Positions 22,217 to 33,623 of a stretch of 64,000 nucleotides of DNA are shown piece by piece (positions within the stretch are counted from its first letter, which is position 1; every line of letters starts with the position of its first letter). Source of the DNA: Curvularia clavata (taxonomy: Eukaryota); assembly GCA_023920165.1 (NCBI GenBank), contig CP089277.1, positions 1,674,001-1,738,000 on the forward strand, written 5' to 3'. The position numbers and the translations under genes are program-made. The notes under the pieces are model-generated. The model saw only the letters and a list, made by a program, of their open reading frames with translations, searched no databases and was not told the DNA's origin.

Positions 22217-23917
22217 ATGGTTACCACTAGAGCGCAGGCACGCAAGAACTACAAGGAACCAGACACAGATGACGATTTTGGAACCCCTCCTCCAGCGCCC
22301 AAGAAGCGTCGCACTCGCAAAAACGTTTCAGACAATGCTTCCAAAAAGAAAAAGCCCAAGGCCACAGAGCCCAAAGACACAAAGAACAGAGTCACAAAGT
22401 CCAAGGCCACGAAGTCCAAAACTACTAAATCCAAAGCGGCCAAATCCAAAGCGAAAGAGTCCACGGTGGCAGATTCCAACGCAGCAGAATCCAGAGTCAC
22501 ACGATCCAAAGCCAGACAGTCCAAGGCGACAGAGTCTGCGCCCGCAAATTCTGAAGCTGAAGAGCCCAAAGCCAAAAAGTGCAGGGTCGTAAAGACTGGT
22601 GCCCGAAAATCCAAAGCCGCCAAATCCAAAGCGACAGAGTCCAAAGTCACTGATTTCAAAACCGGAGAGCCTAAAGCCACAAAGTACAGGGTTGTAAAGA
22701 CCGGCACTCGAAAATCCGAAGTCCCAAAGCCCAGTGGTAATAGTCGCCGCCGTAGAAGAAGCGCTTCCCCTGTTCTTCGTGGCAGGCCGGCCGCAACATT
22801 CTCGGGACTTCCCTCAGACATCTACGCGCTGATATGTGAACAGGCAACATGCTCGGTATACAAACCAATCCCAGGAACTTCTTCGACATCCTGGCGATCT
22901 CACAAGTATGATGATAACTACAGTAGCATTGCGCGCATCAACCACCGAATGAGAGAAATCGCTCCCCGGACGCTGTTGGCACTTAACCGATCAGAAAGGG
23001 CGACCATATGGTTCAGTTTTTATGATGCCTTGTACCTACCTAGAGTGCTGTATTTGATAGCAGAGGCGTACGATCTCAGCGAGACCTGGATCACAGGCAA
23101 CCGAGAGATACCAGACAGCCGCCCAGACTGGGAACAGGCTCAAGATTCATACCCCTTTGCAGTTGGCGCTTCCATAGCACGGTATCTTGAGCCGGAGATG
23201 TACGACCACATATATAGGTCGCAAGCTCATGGCCAGCACTCTGTGAAGCTTGACGAGACACGACGAGCACTATTAGACCACTTTCCGGGCGAAATTCTAA
23301 GGGACTCGCCTAGGCTAAGTTCTCGTGAGCAGCGTGCCCTGCGGGCTTTTGTCGAAAGAATGGTAGATAGGATGCGCCATCCCCGTCATGCTCGCGGAGA
23401 ACTAGAAATACGGATTATACTAGAAGACGGTATAGATCCAGACTGGAGAACGCAAAATTGGGCCGATATAAGCGATCCCGATACAAACAGGAGGCAGCTT
23501 TTGAGGTTTCTGCATGCGCAACAGAAGTACTTTCGCGAAGAATTCGAATCCATACGCTTCAACTTCGTGATAGTGGATGCGCAGGACCCTAACGATCTGA
23601 TTGGCTTTCATAACCTCTGGCGTGATGCCATCAATGATTACCGACGTCTGCTGACTTCAGAGTGGTGGGATGATGAACCCTTTGAAGTTGGATTCTCGAA
23701 GATGTCGCCAAGAGAACTTGAGAATGAGGTGTTGGGTTGGCAGCAGGATCAGCATCTGGAGTATGAGGAGGACCAGGAGCATCAGGAGGAAGAGGAAGAG
23801 GAAGAGGAAGAGGAAGAGGAAGAGGAAGAGGAAGAGGAAGAGGAAGAGGAAGAGGAAGAGGAAGAGGAAGAGGAAGAGGAGGAGGAGAGCCTGGACCTCC
23901 TGGAGGACCTGGAGTAG
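22217..23917 (+). CDS. Hypothetical protein (~566 aa): Lys/Ser/Ala-rich repeats, F-box-like motif, poly-Glu tail
   Basis: Long ORF; ATG in ACCATGG context at 22217 (further in-frame ATGs lie upstream, from 22103); SKA(T/A)K repeats; TFSGLPSDIYALI; 34 consecutive Glu. Confidence 0.75.
   Translation: MVTTRAQARKNYKEPDTDDDFGTPPPAPKKRRTRKNVSDNASKKKKPKATEPKDTKNRVTKSKATKSKTTKSKAAKSKAKESTVADSNAAESRVTRSKARQSKATESAPANSEAEEPKAKKCRVVKTGARKSKAAKSKATESKVTDFKTGEPKATKYRVVKTGTRKSEVPKPSGNSRRRRRSASPVLRGRPAATFSGLPSDIYALICEQATCSVYKPIPGTSSTSWRSHKYDDNYSSIARINHRMREIAPRTLLALNRSERATIWFSFYDALYLPRVLYLIAEAYDLSETWITGNREIPDSRPDWEQAQDSYPFAVGASIARYLEPEMYDHIYRSQAHGQHSVKLDETRRALLDHFPGEILRDSPRLSSREQRALRAFVERMVDRMRHPRHARGELEIRIILEDGIDPDWRTQNWADISDPDTNRRQLLRFLHAQQKYFREEFESIRFNFVIVDAQDPNDLIGFHNLWRDAINDYRRLLTSEWWDDEPFEVGFSKMSPRELENEVLGWQQDQHLEYEEDQEHQEEEEEEEEEEEEEEEEEEEEEEEEEEEEEEEEEESLDLLEDLE
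23786..23887 (+). repeat. (GAGGAA)n coding microsatellite encoding poly-Glu
   Basis: About 16 perfect GAGGAA units followed by GAG codons. Confidence 0.95.
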
Positions 23918-24414
23918 GTAGTAGATTGTCAGATTGAGTTGCTCATACCGTTATTTCCTTGAGTTTAACCCGAATGCAGAGACCAAGATTTTCCTTTGTG
24001 CAAAAATAAAAGAATTCTAGACACTTCGTTCCATAAGCATATTGTTGTGAAAACATGGTAGACAGCTGACTCAGTGCGGACGCGGTTAAAGCCCGGACTG
24101 ACGTCGTGCACTGAACTTTTTTTCGGGCTGCATCGCGTACAACCTGGGCTGGTGATCCAATAATTACTCTCTCGCAACCCCCATTATCTCTGTGCTTTAC
24201 TTAGTCTTTTACGAAAGACTTGTCGTGTATGTAACGAATGAAGATAATAGAACAAGTTTTAGTGTCTCGACCACTGCGCCCGATCGCTCTTGCTCGCCTC
24301 GTTCCCTCGCGTTTGTCCCTAGTAACTCATACAAGACTTAGCTGCATTTCAACCACCACCTTCATCCTCTGCAACAAACATCACACACCACAAAGAACAC
24401 AGCTACCTTCGAAT

Positions 24415-26168
24415 ATGCCCCCACCATCTAAGCGCAAATGGCCCCGCGGTAGAGGAGGAGGCGGCGGCGGCGGCGGCGGCGGCGGAGATCGTGCAAATGG
24501 CGGTGCAGCAACATCCGGAACGTCTACGCCTCGCATGGCACAGCAGCCCAAGCGCCCAAAGATGGAAGACACACAGCAAAAACCCGATACTGGCGTCGAT
24601 GTGCGGCAGATGTACAGTACGATGGCAGGTGATGCGGCACCGAGGCCGTTTTCTGAGCTGAAGGATAGGCTACACCAGGGATTGCTTGACGGCTTGGACA
24701 AGATGGGGTTTGAGTAAGCAGGACATCAGACAAGGCAGGAGCTGGCTCCTCGCTGCGCATGTTAGTTTTGGGAGGCTCAGCTAACGAGCATAGATACATG
24801 TCTCCTGTTCAGCAAAAGGTCCTGACCGAACTACCTTCACTATCATCCGACTGCGTTGTCCAGGCAAAGACGGGAACTGGTAAGACTGTGGCTTTTCTAC
24901 TCCCTGCAATCCAGAACCTCCTTGCCGGCAACATGCCCCCGAGAGGCAAGGTTGCTATTCTTGTCATTTGCCCAACCCGCGAGCTGGCCCTGCAAATCGC
25001 CAAAGAGTGTAACGGCGTAACTGCTTGTCTGCCACAGAAGATGGAGTGCCACACTGCATTTGGCGGTACCTCGCGTGCGTCCAACCTGAAAGCTTTCATG
25101 AATGGCAACCCCACGGTTCTGGTAGCCACGCCTGGAAGGCTCGACGATATCCTAGGCGAAGAAGAAGTCCGCGAAAAGTTCTCCCATTTGAAGACGGTGG
25201 TCTTGGACGAAGCGGATCAGATGCTGGACGCTGGATTTGCACCTGCAGTCAAGAAGATCTTGAGGCGCATCCCACCCAAGAGCGACGGCTGGCAGGGAAT
25301 GTGTTTCTCTGCGACGCTCCCCAAAGAAGTCCTTGACATTGCCAAGATTGTCTTGTTCCCTGGCTACACACATTTGTCTACAGTGGATCCGAATGAAGTG
25401 CCCACCCACGAGCGAGTTCCACAATTCTTTATCACGGTTCCTACCGTTAGCCAGACGTTCCCTGCGCTGTCGGCCTTGATCGAAGAGGAATATAATCAAA
25501 ACCCTACAGACTTCAAGGCCATCGTCTTTGGCACTACAGCAAACGGCGTAGGACTACTTTACGACCTGTACCGGAATGCGCTGCCTCAGTTTAGGCTATT
25601 TGAATTGCACAGCCGCATGTCACAGCCAGCCCGAACCAAAACGACTACAGAGTTCAAAGAAGCGTCAAGCGGTATACTGTTTGCATCCGACGTGGTTGGT
25701 CGCGGCATGGACTTCCCCAATGTCGGCCTGGTCATTCAAGTGGGTCTCCCTTCGAGCACGGAACAATATGTCCACCGCGTCGGTCGTACCGCGCGTGCGG
25801 GCAAAGATGGACGCGCCGTCATCATTCTCTTTGAGCAGGAGTCCTTCTTCCCCAGGGTGAACAAGACCCTGCCAATCCAACCTTACCCGGTCGACATTGT
25901 GTCGCGACTACCTGCGCACCAGGCCAACATTGACCGAGCATTTGTGGGAGTAGACGAGGTGTCCAAGTCGAAAGCTTACCAGGCATTCCTTGGATACAAC
26001 AAGACTTTTCTCAAGAAGCTGCAGCTGAATACGACCGAGTTGGTTCGCCTGGCGAACGACTATGCCTACACAATGGGATGTCCCGAGCCGCCCATGCTCG
26101 AAAAGTCGACTGTGGGCAAGATGGGCTTGAAGGGTGTGCCTGGACTCAGAATTGGGTCACGAAAGTAA
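24415..26168 (+). CDS. DEAD-box RNA helicase, Mss116/CYT-19-like; intron 24714-24793; alternative upstream in-frame ATG at 24238
   Basis: Q motif (GFEYMSPVQ across the splice), AKTGTGKT, PTRELA, TPGR, DEAD, SAT, GRGMDFP, HRVGRTARAG. Confidence 0.93.
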
Positions 26169-28917
26169 AAACGGCAACTGGGACTTCCACAGCGAAAAGC
26201 AGGACACGTGCAGTTGATTGTCCTCAAAAAAAAATTAAATTTGTGTTGTGCTTTGTTGGTGGTTGTCTTTATTCGCATGCGCATAGAAGGGGGCACATGA
26301 CTATGGTTCTTTTTCTCTTTGGCATGAAAGCGCCATCACGATGGAAGAGGCTCAGGCACGGTTCTTTTTCTACACAGTAAAAAGGGGGTGAATCAAGGAT
26401 GGTTTACGGAGTACGTTTTAGTGTGGCTCTGCAGCACTCGTATATACCCAGAAAGCATTTTCTCGTCTTCACGTTTGTATAGCCCTTGAACGTGCTCTGT
26501 CATTTTCCGTTTTGTTCCTGTGGCTGTTGGTTTGGTCTGGTCTAGGCCCGTTCGACTCGTGTTATTCTGACTCGCACCATTGTCCTATCTGCTAAAGTGA
26601 TTTGACAAAGGAGAAGACCTTTTTCTTTTCAGTGTCGAACCTTGGCTTCTAAGCAATGATATCATGCGCGTGAGCACTTGGGGTGTCTAGACACGCCAGA
26701 TATGTCTTGATACACGGACTGTCTCGCTCGAATACGAAACCTTCGTTTTTGCGCCAGTAGACATAGTCATCGCCAAGGAATATGCTTGTATAATGTGACG
26801 TGTGACATGTGTACATTACTCTTAGTTTATGAGGAGAATTTGACGCAAGGATAGCCCTAAGCAGAGATATACCTCATCGGGCGAAGCTATTCTTTCGTCG
26901 AACAAGGATAAGCCGGATAGGACGCTAAGTCACCAATCAGAAAAAAATGACGTCGAAAGAAAAAATGTGATTAGTGACGTGAAGAAAAAATCTAGGCCCG
27001 AGAGGAAAATAAGCGGCTCGGCAAAAGGGAGGGGATTACAATTTGCTTGTACCTGGCCGCGGACAGTGGGTGGCAGAAGGTGGACGTTGTGAAAGCGACG
27101 GACTGGCGAGCGTGGACAGGCCAGTGATCAGCATGATGAGCCGCTGGCCCCACGCCGGCAATCATCGGAGAGAGGTCCGGCGGATCGTGATCTGATGGGA
27201 AGGAGTCCAAGTCTCTCGCTTCAAGGGGTTATTAAAAGAACCACAGACGTTTTTTGACAACTGGCTAGCGTCGGGCTTCAAATCAAGACAGGGAAAAGCC
27301 CAAGGAAGCAATGAGTGGAACCATGGATAGCAGGCTTATCGAAGCAGCGGCAGCAAGCAAGCAAGATGGGGGTAGTGGTACGGTACATAGATAATGTACT
27401 GTAACTGCAAAGACGGCAGTTGGGCGGGGCGCATGGCGGAGGGCATGGTAGCAAAGATGGACTCGCATGAAGCCGGCATAGGGTGGAGGGCGCACTAACT
27501 AGGCAAAGGCGGTCCACTTGAGTGACCTCGCAAGTTGTCGACTTTACATGTCTCGTGTTGTCGAGAAGCGATCACGACATAGCCAAAGAGCCGTGCGGCA
27601 GGCGTAGTTGAGATCGAAATGAGTACCGACGGTAGACAGGTGCACACAGACGCGTCTGGGCCCATGGCAAGGCACCGCCTGTGCTGTGGCTGCCTGCAAT
27701 GGGCGAGCTGAGGTGGGCACTATGAGCCAGGGTACCTGTGTCGAGTTTCATGCGCCCCTAGCGGCTGGATCAGAACATGCCACGGTGAGGCAGCGTGCGG
27801 ACGACGATAGGCTGCGGCGGGCAGTTCCCCCTTTGCAGCAGCACGACGGCTTGCAGCGACGTTGGCGTTACTGGCACTGGTGTTTCACGGGGCGCGTCGT
27901 GCTGGCGCGTCGTTGAGCGCGAGTGTTTCCCGGCGCGGGGACTGGCTGGGCAATGTCTAGTGCCGGAAGCGCGCAAGGGCGAGCCGGGCGGACGTCGAGT
28001 CCAAGGCGAGGGGATAATTGAGACTTCATGCGGACGGCGATAGCGACAGCTGGCTAGTGGGCTGCCGGCACGAGGATGGGCCTGGAGCTGGTAGACGACT
28101 AGACGACACACGGGGGGACGTGACGTGGGTCGGCTTCAAGGAACGCGTGCTTGGGCCCGCCTATTGGCTACGGGCCCTTGCATCGGTCGCTCCTGCCTTG
28201 CTGGCCCCGGGTGCGTTTACAGTGGTAGCCAAGCACGGTAATGCAGCAGTAGCTCCTTCCCTCTCTCAAAGCAAGGAAGGAACCAAAGGCAAGGCAGCCA
28301 GCCAGCCAGCCAGCCAGTGACCGCCAGCCCGCCCGTCGCGCTCTTACTATACTCTCTTCTTGCCTGACTTCCCCCGCTTATCCTCCTCCTCAACTAACCC
28401 CTCGCCCTCGCCCTCCCTCCCCCCTTTGCCCCCCCTTTGCCTCGCTCCTTTGCTCCTAAAACATCCCATTGACGCTCTTCATCATCTGCATTCCCAAAAG
28501 CAACGCCACGCCGCTCCACCCAGCGGCCCCGGCAGAACGCTCCTGTCGTCACAGGTTGCTTGTTAGCGCCTGCAAGCCAATTGCTCCGCTGCCTCAGCCA
28601 TCCGCCCTCGACTAGACGGCTGCCCACTGTCCACGTCGTACCCCCAACTGCTGCCTCCTTTGTCGCAAAAGTCGCGTCCAAATTGCTCTCTACATGACGG
28701 CCGGTAGTCGCCCTGGCACCATTGACAGCATACACCTTACCGCCTCTTCAACGACGCGCTTGGCAATCGTCAGCGCAATCTCAGTCAACAGCTCCCGCAC
28801 CGACCGTGCTCAGTAGGGCCGACGCCTCCATTTTGCATCCCGGAACGCGACTTCACGCGTCATAGCGTCTGGAGAGCCTATACAAGGCTGTCGGTGCCCT
28901 TGCAGCTTGGTCTTGCC

Positions 28918-31242
28918 ATGGCTGCAGCGCGTCGACACCCTTCCATGCAGATTTTTCAGGACCCTGTGCAGCCTCACCACGCCCACCACGCCGCTGATCC
29001 CACCCACGCCTTTGATCCGCGCTATCTCGACTCGCTAGCCTCCGTCACCGACGTGTCCAACACCGCCAACACCCTTCTCGCACCGCCCAATTCCTACACC
29101 GCCAAACCCTCGCCCCGCAAGACCCGCCAAGTCTCCAGTTCCCCTCCCCCTAGCGCTCTCGTCCAAAAGGCCTTCAACACGGTTAAGATACCGCCGCCCC
29201 AAGAGCAACGCTTCCGGACCGACGCGCCTGCAAAGAAGCACCAGCTCGCCCAAGAGCACCACGCGCAACCAATGGCGGGCCACCTCCAGTACTGGCCCAG
29301 CCATGTCTCCTCCCACATGGACAAGGAGAATGCCTACTATGCCGGCCCCGTCTTGTCCACCATGCCGCCAGCAGAGCCACCAATCAAGCACACGCCCAAG
29401 CAGCCCATGATGGGTGCTGCCGCTGCTCCCCTGCGAGACCGGACCAACTTCAACACCACTCCCGCCACCACCACAAACTCTACTAAGAAGCAGAAGATTG
29501 TCAAAGACATCAAGACCGATGAGGTCGACGGACCCCTACCGGAACCCGACCAGATGCCCACCGTCGAAGACGATGGAAACAAGCCCTCCTACAGCTACGC
29601 CATGCTCATTGGCATGGCCATTCTGCGCGCACCAAACCGCCGATTGACACTTGCCCAAATATACAAGTGGATTTCCGACACATTCGCCTTTTATCGCAAC
29701 TCACAAGAGACGGGATGGCAGAACAGCATCCGCCACAACCTCAGCCTGAGCAAGTCGTTCTCTAAGCAAGAGCGACCCAAGGACGACCCTGGAAAGGGCC
29801 ACTATTGGGTCATCAACGCTGGCTTCGAGAAGCAGTATCACAAGGTCAAGCCCGTCCGCCGACCAGCCCAGCCAGAATCTTTTGCTCCAGTCTACACAAG
29901 CGATCTTCCCCGCCCTTCCCCAACCACCACAACCAGCTTTCCACCGTTGAGCTCGACCAAGGGGTTTGACTCGAGCAAATATCCAGATGAAAACGACTTG
30001 CCTTCTTCGGAAGCCACTATTCCATGCTCGGATCCAGCTGCACACGACGGACAGGATCCGCTCAGCATGCCACCGCCTCGCCAAATTCCTTCCTCGCCTC
30101 CGCCGGCTGACATTCACTCGTCACCGCCCCCTCCGGTCTCACGGTCGCGTTCGGTTCGCGAGGACACGCCGCCACGTGCTCCACGCTTCCCGTCGCATAG
30201 CCGTTCCGGTGGACGAAAACGCAAGTTCAACGGCCTTGGTGACAGCGGCTACTACTCATCCATCGAATCATCGGCAATCAAGGGCAACCCGGCCGGACCA
30301 CTGCTCACTTCCGAGGCCGATCTTGATCGTCCGAACCTCAAACGCGGACGTGCTGAAGAAGAGATTGCTCGTATCCGTGGTTCGTCTTACGATTCTCCCA
30401 CCAAAACCAGATCCCACATGAAGCAAGCAGGCAATACTCACATGATCTCGTCACCGCTCCGCCAAGGCGATAAGATTCGCGACCCTCTGACCCCTGCTAT
30501 CGTGTTCAAGCGCCCGGCCTTGCCGCCTGCCTCGGCCTCTCCCAACACCAACCTACGCAATCACCGCAACAAGATGCGCGAGCTTGTCGGCGGCTCGCCA
30601 GACAAGAGCCTCGCCATGTGGGTTGACTCCTCTTTTATCGACAGCAAGAACTGGAGCCCAGCTGTCAACATCCCGAATGACGAACACGTCAACCTTGTTG
30701 GTCATGGCTTCGAGAGCACTTTTGACATCTTTGGTGACTTTGGCTACAACGAGAGCCCCATCAAGCGCTCCGCCAAGCGCCCTCACCTCGAACGTGCCGT
30801 CACTACCAGTGGTATCCTTGCCGACATCACCGGTTCCAAGACCAACTCACCCACACCTAACTGGAAGATGGCTTCCTCTTTCCTCAACATTCCCGATCTG
30901 TCGCCCGTCAAGAACATGTCGCCTATCAAGGCTCCCATGCTAAAGCCTCCTATGGGTACTCCCACCGCTGAATCCGCTCGTTCCAACACAAGCAAGGAAA
31001 ATGGCCACAGCGGCCTGACCCCTCCTCAGTCGTTCCATGGACCTGCCAAGTCAGTGTCTCAGCAGCAAGACGATGAGGACATCTTCCATCTCCTGCACAG
31101 TGACGAGTCGGAGCCTGGCATTGACCTTCTCCAAGGCTTCGAAAAGATTGGAGCCAGACAATTGGCTGTTGCTCCCAATGGATCCCCTCAAAAGAAGGGG
31201 CCTAGACCCGGCTTGGCTCGCAGCTCGACGACTCGTTTCTGA
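28918..31242 (+). CDS. Forkhead transcription factor, Sep1/Hcm1-like
   Basis: KPSYSYAMLIGMAI...LTLAQIYKWI...GWQNSIRHNLSLSKSF...GKGHYW forkhead domain, no FHA domain seen; many SP/TP sites and two KEN motifs; first ATG at 28918. Confidence 0.92.
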   Translation: MAAARRHPSMQIFQDPVQPHHAHHAADPTHAFDPRYLDSLASVTDVSNTANTLLAPPNSYTAKPSPRKTRQVSSSPPPSALVQKAFNTVKIPPPQEQRFRTDAPAKKHQLAQEHHAQPMAGHLQYWPSHVSSHMDKENAYYAGPVLSTMPPAEPPIKHTPKQPMMGAAAAPLRDRTNFNTTPATTTNSTKKQKIVKDIKTDEVDGPLPEPDQMPTVEDDGNKPSYSYAMLIGMAILRAPNRRLTLAQIYKWISDTFAFYRNSQETGWQNSIRHNLSLSKSFSKQERPKDDPGKGHYWVINAGFEKQYHKVKPVRRPAQPESFAPVYTSDLPRPSPTTTTSFPPLSSTKGFDSSKYPDENDLPSSEATIPCSDPAAHDGQDPLSMPPPRQIPSSPPPADIHSSPPPPVSRSRSVREDTPPRAPRFPSHSRSGGRKRKFNGLGDSGYYSSIESSAIKGNPAGPLLTSEADLDRPNLKRGRAEEEIARIRGSSYDSPTKTRSHMKQAGNTHMISSPLRQGDKIRDPLTPAIVFKRPALPPASASPNTNLRNHRNKMRELVGGSPDKSLAMWVDSSFIDSKNWSPAVNIPNDEHVNLVGHGFESTFDIFGDFGYNESPIKRSAKRPHLERAVTTSGILADITGSKTNSPTPNWKMASSFLNIPDLSPVKNMSPIKAPMLKPPMGTPTAESARSNTSKENGHSGLTPPQSFHGPAKSVSQQQDDEDIFHLLHSDESEPGIDLLQGFEKIGARQLAVAPNGSPQKKGPRPGLARSSTTRF

Positions 31243-31923
31243 GCAGCCTGCTTCAAGCCCCTGTAACTAGCTTTTTTGTTTCGCATATTCGCCTCTGGTA
31301 CGCCACGTCTGGATTACAACCCTTAAATCCGGGTACCTTTTTCTTCGCCATTCTCGATACCCCTCACCTTGCGACTACATTTTTTAGCTCTTACCCCCGG
31401 CCTTTTATAGTGCAGTCGCCCGCATTATCACTTTGGCTACTCTTTGGATGGTCCATTCACAACCATCCTTACCTCACGACGTAACGACAAACGATACCCA
31501 CGAAAGCAATGGCTAGCCTCTCTACTACTGGCGTCTAATCCCGCATGTATCCTTATTCAGGAAGGCGTTGAAAGCCCGACAGGTCGCTGTTGGCGTAGCA
31601 CGACTACGCCTGATACGTGTGTCTACATTGGTGTTTTAGGGTTCCTTGTTTTTTTGTGCAAGCGAGTACATACACGCGTAATGATATATATTATTTGAAG
31701 GTGGGCAGTGGACACATTGACAGGGGGAGATGACGACGACAGCATCGAGTGGCCATTGCTACATGGCTTAATGATGAAATGTGGATGATAACATGCATGT
31801 CTGAACGTAGCGAACTTGTATAGTCTCTTGCTCAGCGAAAAATCAATCATGTTCTCTTCAACCTTGGTTTCGTCCATGTATTCAGTGTGAGGCACAAAAG
31901 CAACAATGTTTTGCAACAATGAC

Positions 31924-32043
31924 ACATACGACCATAGGCAAAAGATGTACTCTGGCTCTCGTCTGATCGCCTCACGATAAATCTTTGACCGGCCGGTTAG
32001 TAGTCAGGTGGGTGACCACTGGCGAATACCCGCTGTCGTATGT
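31924..32043 (+). rRNA. Dispersed 5S rRNA gene (divergent isotype), 120 nt
   Basis: ACATACGAC...GTCGTATGT terminal helix; GGTTAGTAG and GTGGGTGACCAC...GCGAAT internal motifs; T8 terminator 2 nt downstream. Confidence 0.92.
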
Positions 32044-33623
32044 CCTTTTTTTTCTTTGTTAATTCGTCCCTTGGGTGATGAGATGAATCGGGTGGGTGTG
32101 TTTTAGTTAGCATCTTGAATATGACTTTTTTGCAGCGCGTTCTCCACAACCAGGTCCTAGTAGCATATCATTGTACCTAACTAAATTTCAATGCATACCT
32201 TTTAGAATACCTCCTTGATGGACATTGGATGCATGCAAAGGCATTTGTTACTTCGAGATGTCATCTAGTGCTAATTGTGATCTTAGGTGTAGAAGTAGCC
32301 TTATCCTATGTTTGTATTCGCTTCACTACCTACACTTTCACTGTTTTCCCCCACAAATGTCCCTGGCACTGGCTAAGACACTATACATGCACATGCAGGA
32401 CCGTTTTTTTTTTGCCCTCTTTACTTCTTTCTGCGACTTTGTTTTCTTTCGCGTAACCTACTCGTTCTTTCTCATTTCTTTTTACAAAGTGACGTGGTGG
32501 TGGGTGTTCTGTACTATGAGCTAAACTAGCATACCCAGTCACCCGGTGGACAGAATAACGCGGACTCCTGGATAGCTTGCGCTTCACATGAATAAATATC
32601 CGACCTTTTTAGTTCTTTCAATAATTTTCAAAATGCATACTATACATTAAGCTGTAAAGAAAAGATCCCTATAGTTTTTTATGTATAATTTTTACTCTAT
32701 AGTAGGTTTCTAGGCTTATAAAATGAAGAAGTCTTGATGTTCTCGGCAGCTGGAAGTGATTTTGATGGGCCAAGCCATGTTAAGAGTCTGCGTTATTTTG
32801 TCCACCGGGTGCCAGTGTTATGTTCTGCAAGTGGGATTGCTTCTGTTTTTCTCACATAAGCGCAATATACCGCTAAGTATACATAAGAAAGCTAGCTAGG
32901 TGTTAATGAGGTTAGGCGAGGGGGATGAGAGGAGTAGTGGTATGCAATCTTTTTTTTAAGAAGCGCCTTATCTACTCAATGCACTGCTAGCGGTTGTACT
33001 TCGGGACTCAGTTTGCTTACCTAGCTTGTAATTGTGGGTCGTTACTTGATCTTTTGGGCACGATTGTCTACCATGGGTTGACATTTACCATAGATTAGCA
33101 TTGTTATTTTTGTGTGATACTACGCATACTTGCCTTAGCTCCTCCAACTGGCGGGTAGCGTTAATACTAGGGCTGCCATCATGTAGAGAGAAAGAAAGTA
33201 CTGTATTGGATGGAATGAATGATGTTTGTTTAGTTTGGTAGGATTTACAATTCACGCATGGAAAACAAACCGAAGCACCCAATAGGAGCGAGGGATATAA
33301 CTTTTCATTTCCATTGATTTCTTATCTCAAAGGAGGATTTTGATGTTCGTTATTCGTTATCGCACATGATGTGGCGAAAGGTAGTGGGTGTTATGATATA
33401 TAGGTGTTGCCCAAACCATGTTCCTGCATGTATGTACAAACTTGTGGACGGGCCCAAACCAAACATCGCACAAGTCCTTTTTATCTTTCTTTATGTCGGA
33501 CGAATCGACCCATTGACTTCCAGCGTCTCGGTGATTTTTAAACAGAACGCTGCAATGACAAATAAAAAGCTGGAATGCAGCCATCGAGGCTGCCCTGCCA
33601 AGCATTCACGCGAGCCGGCGCGC

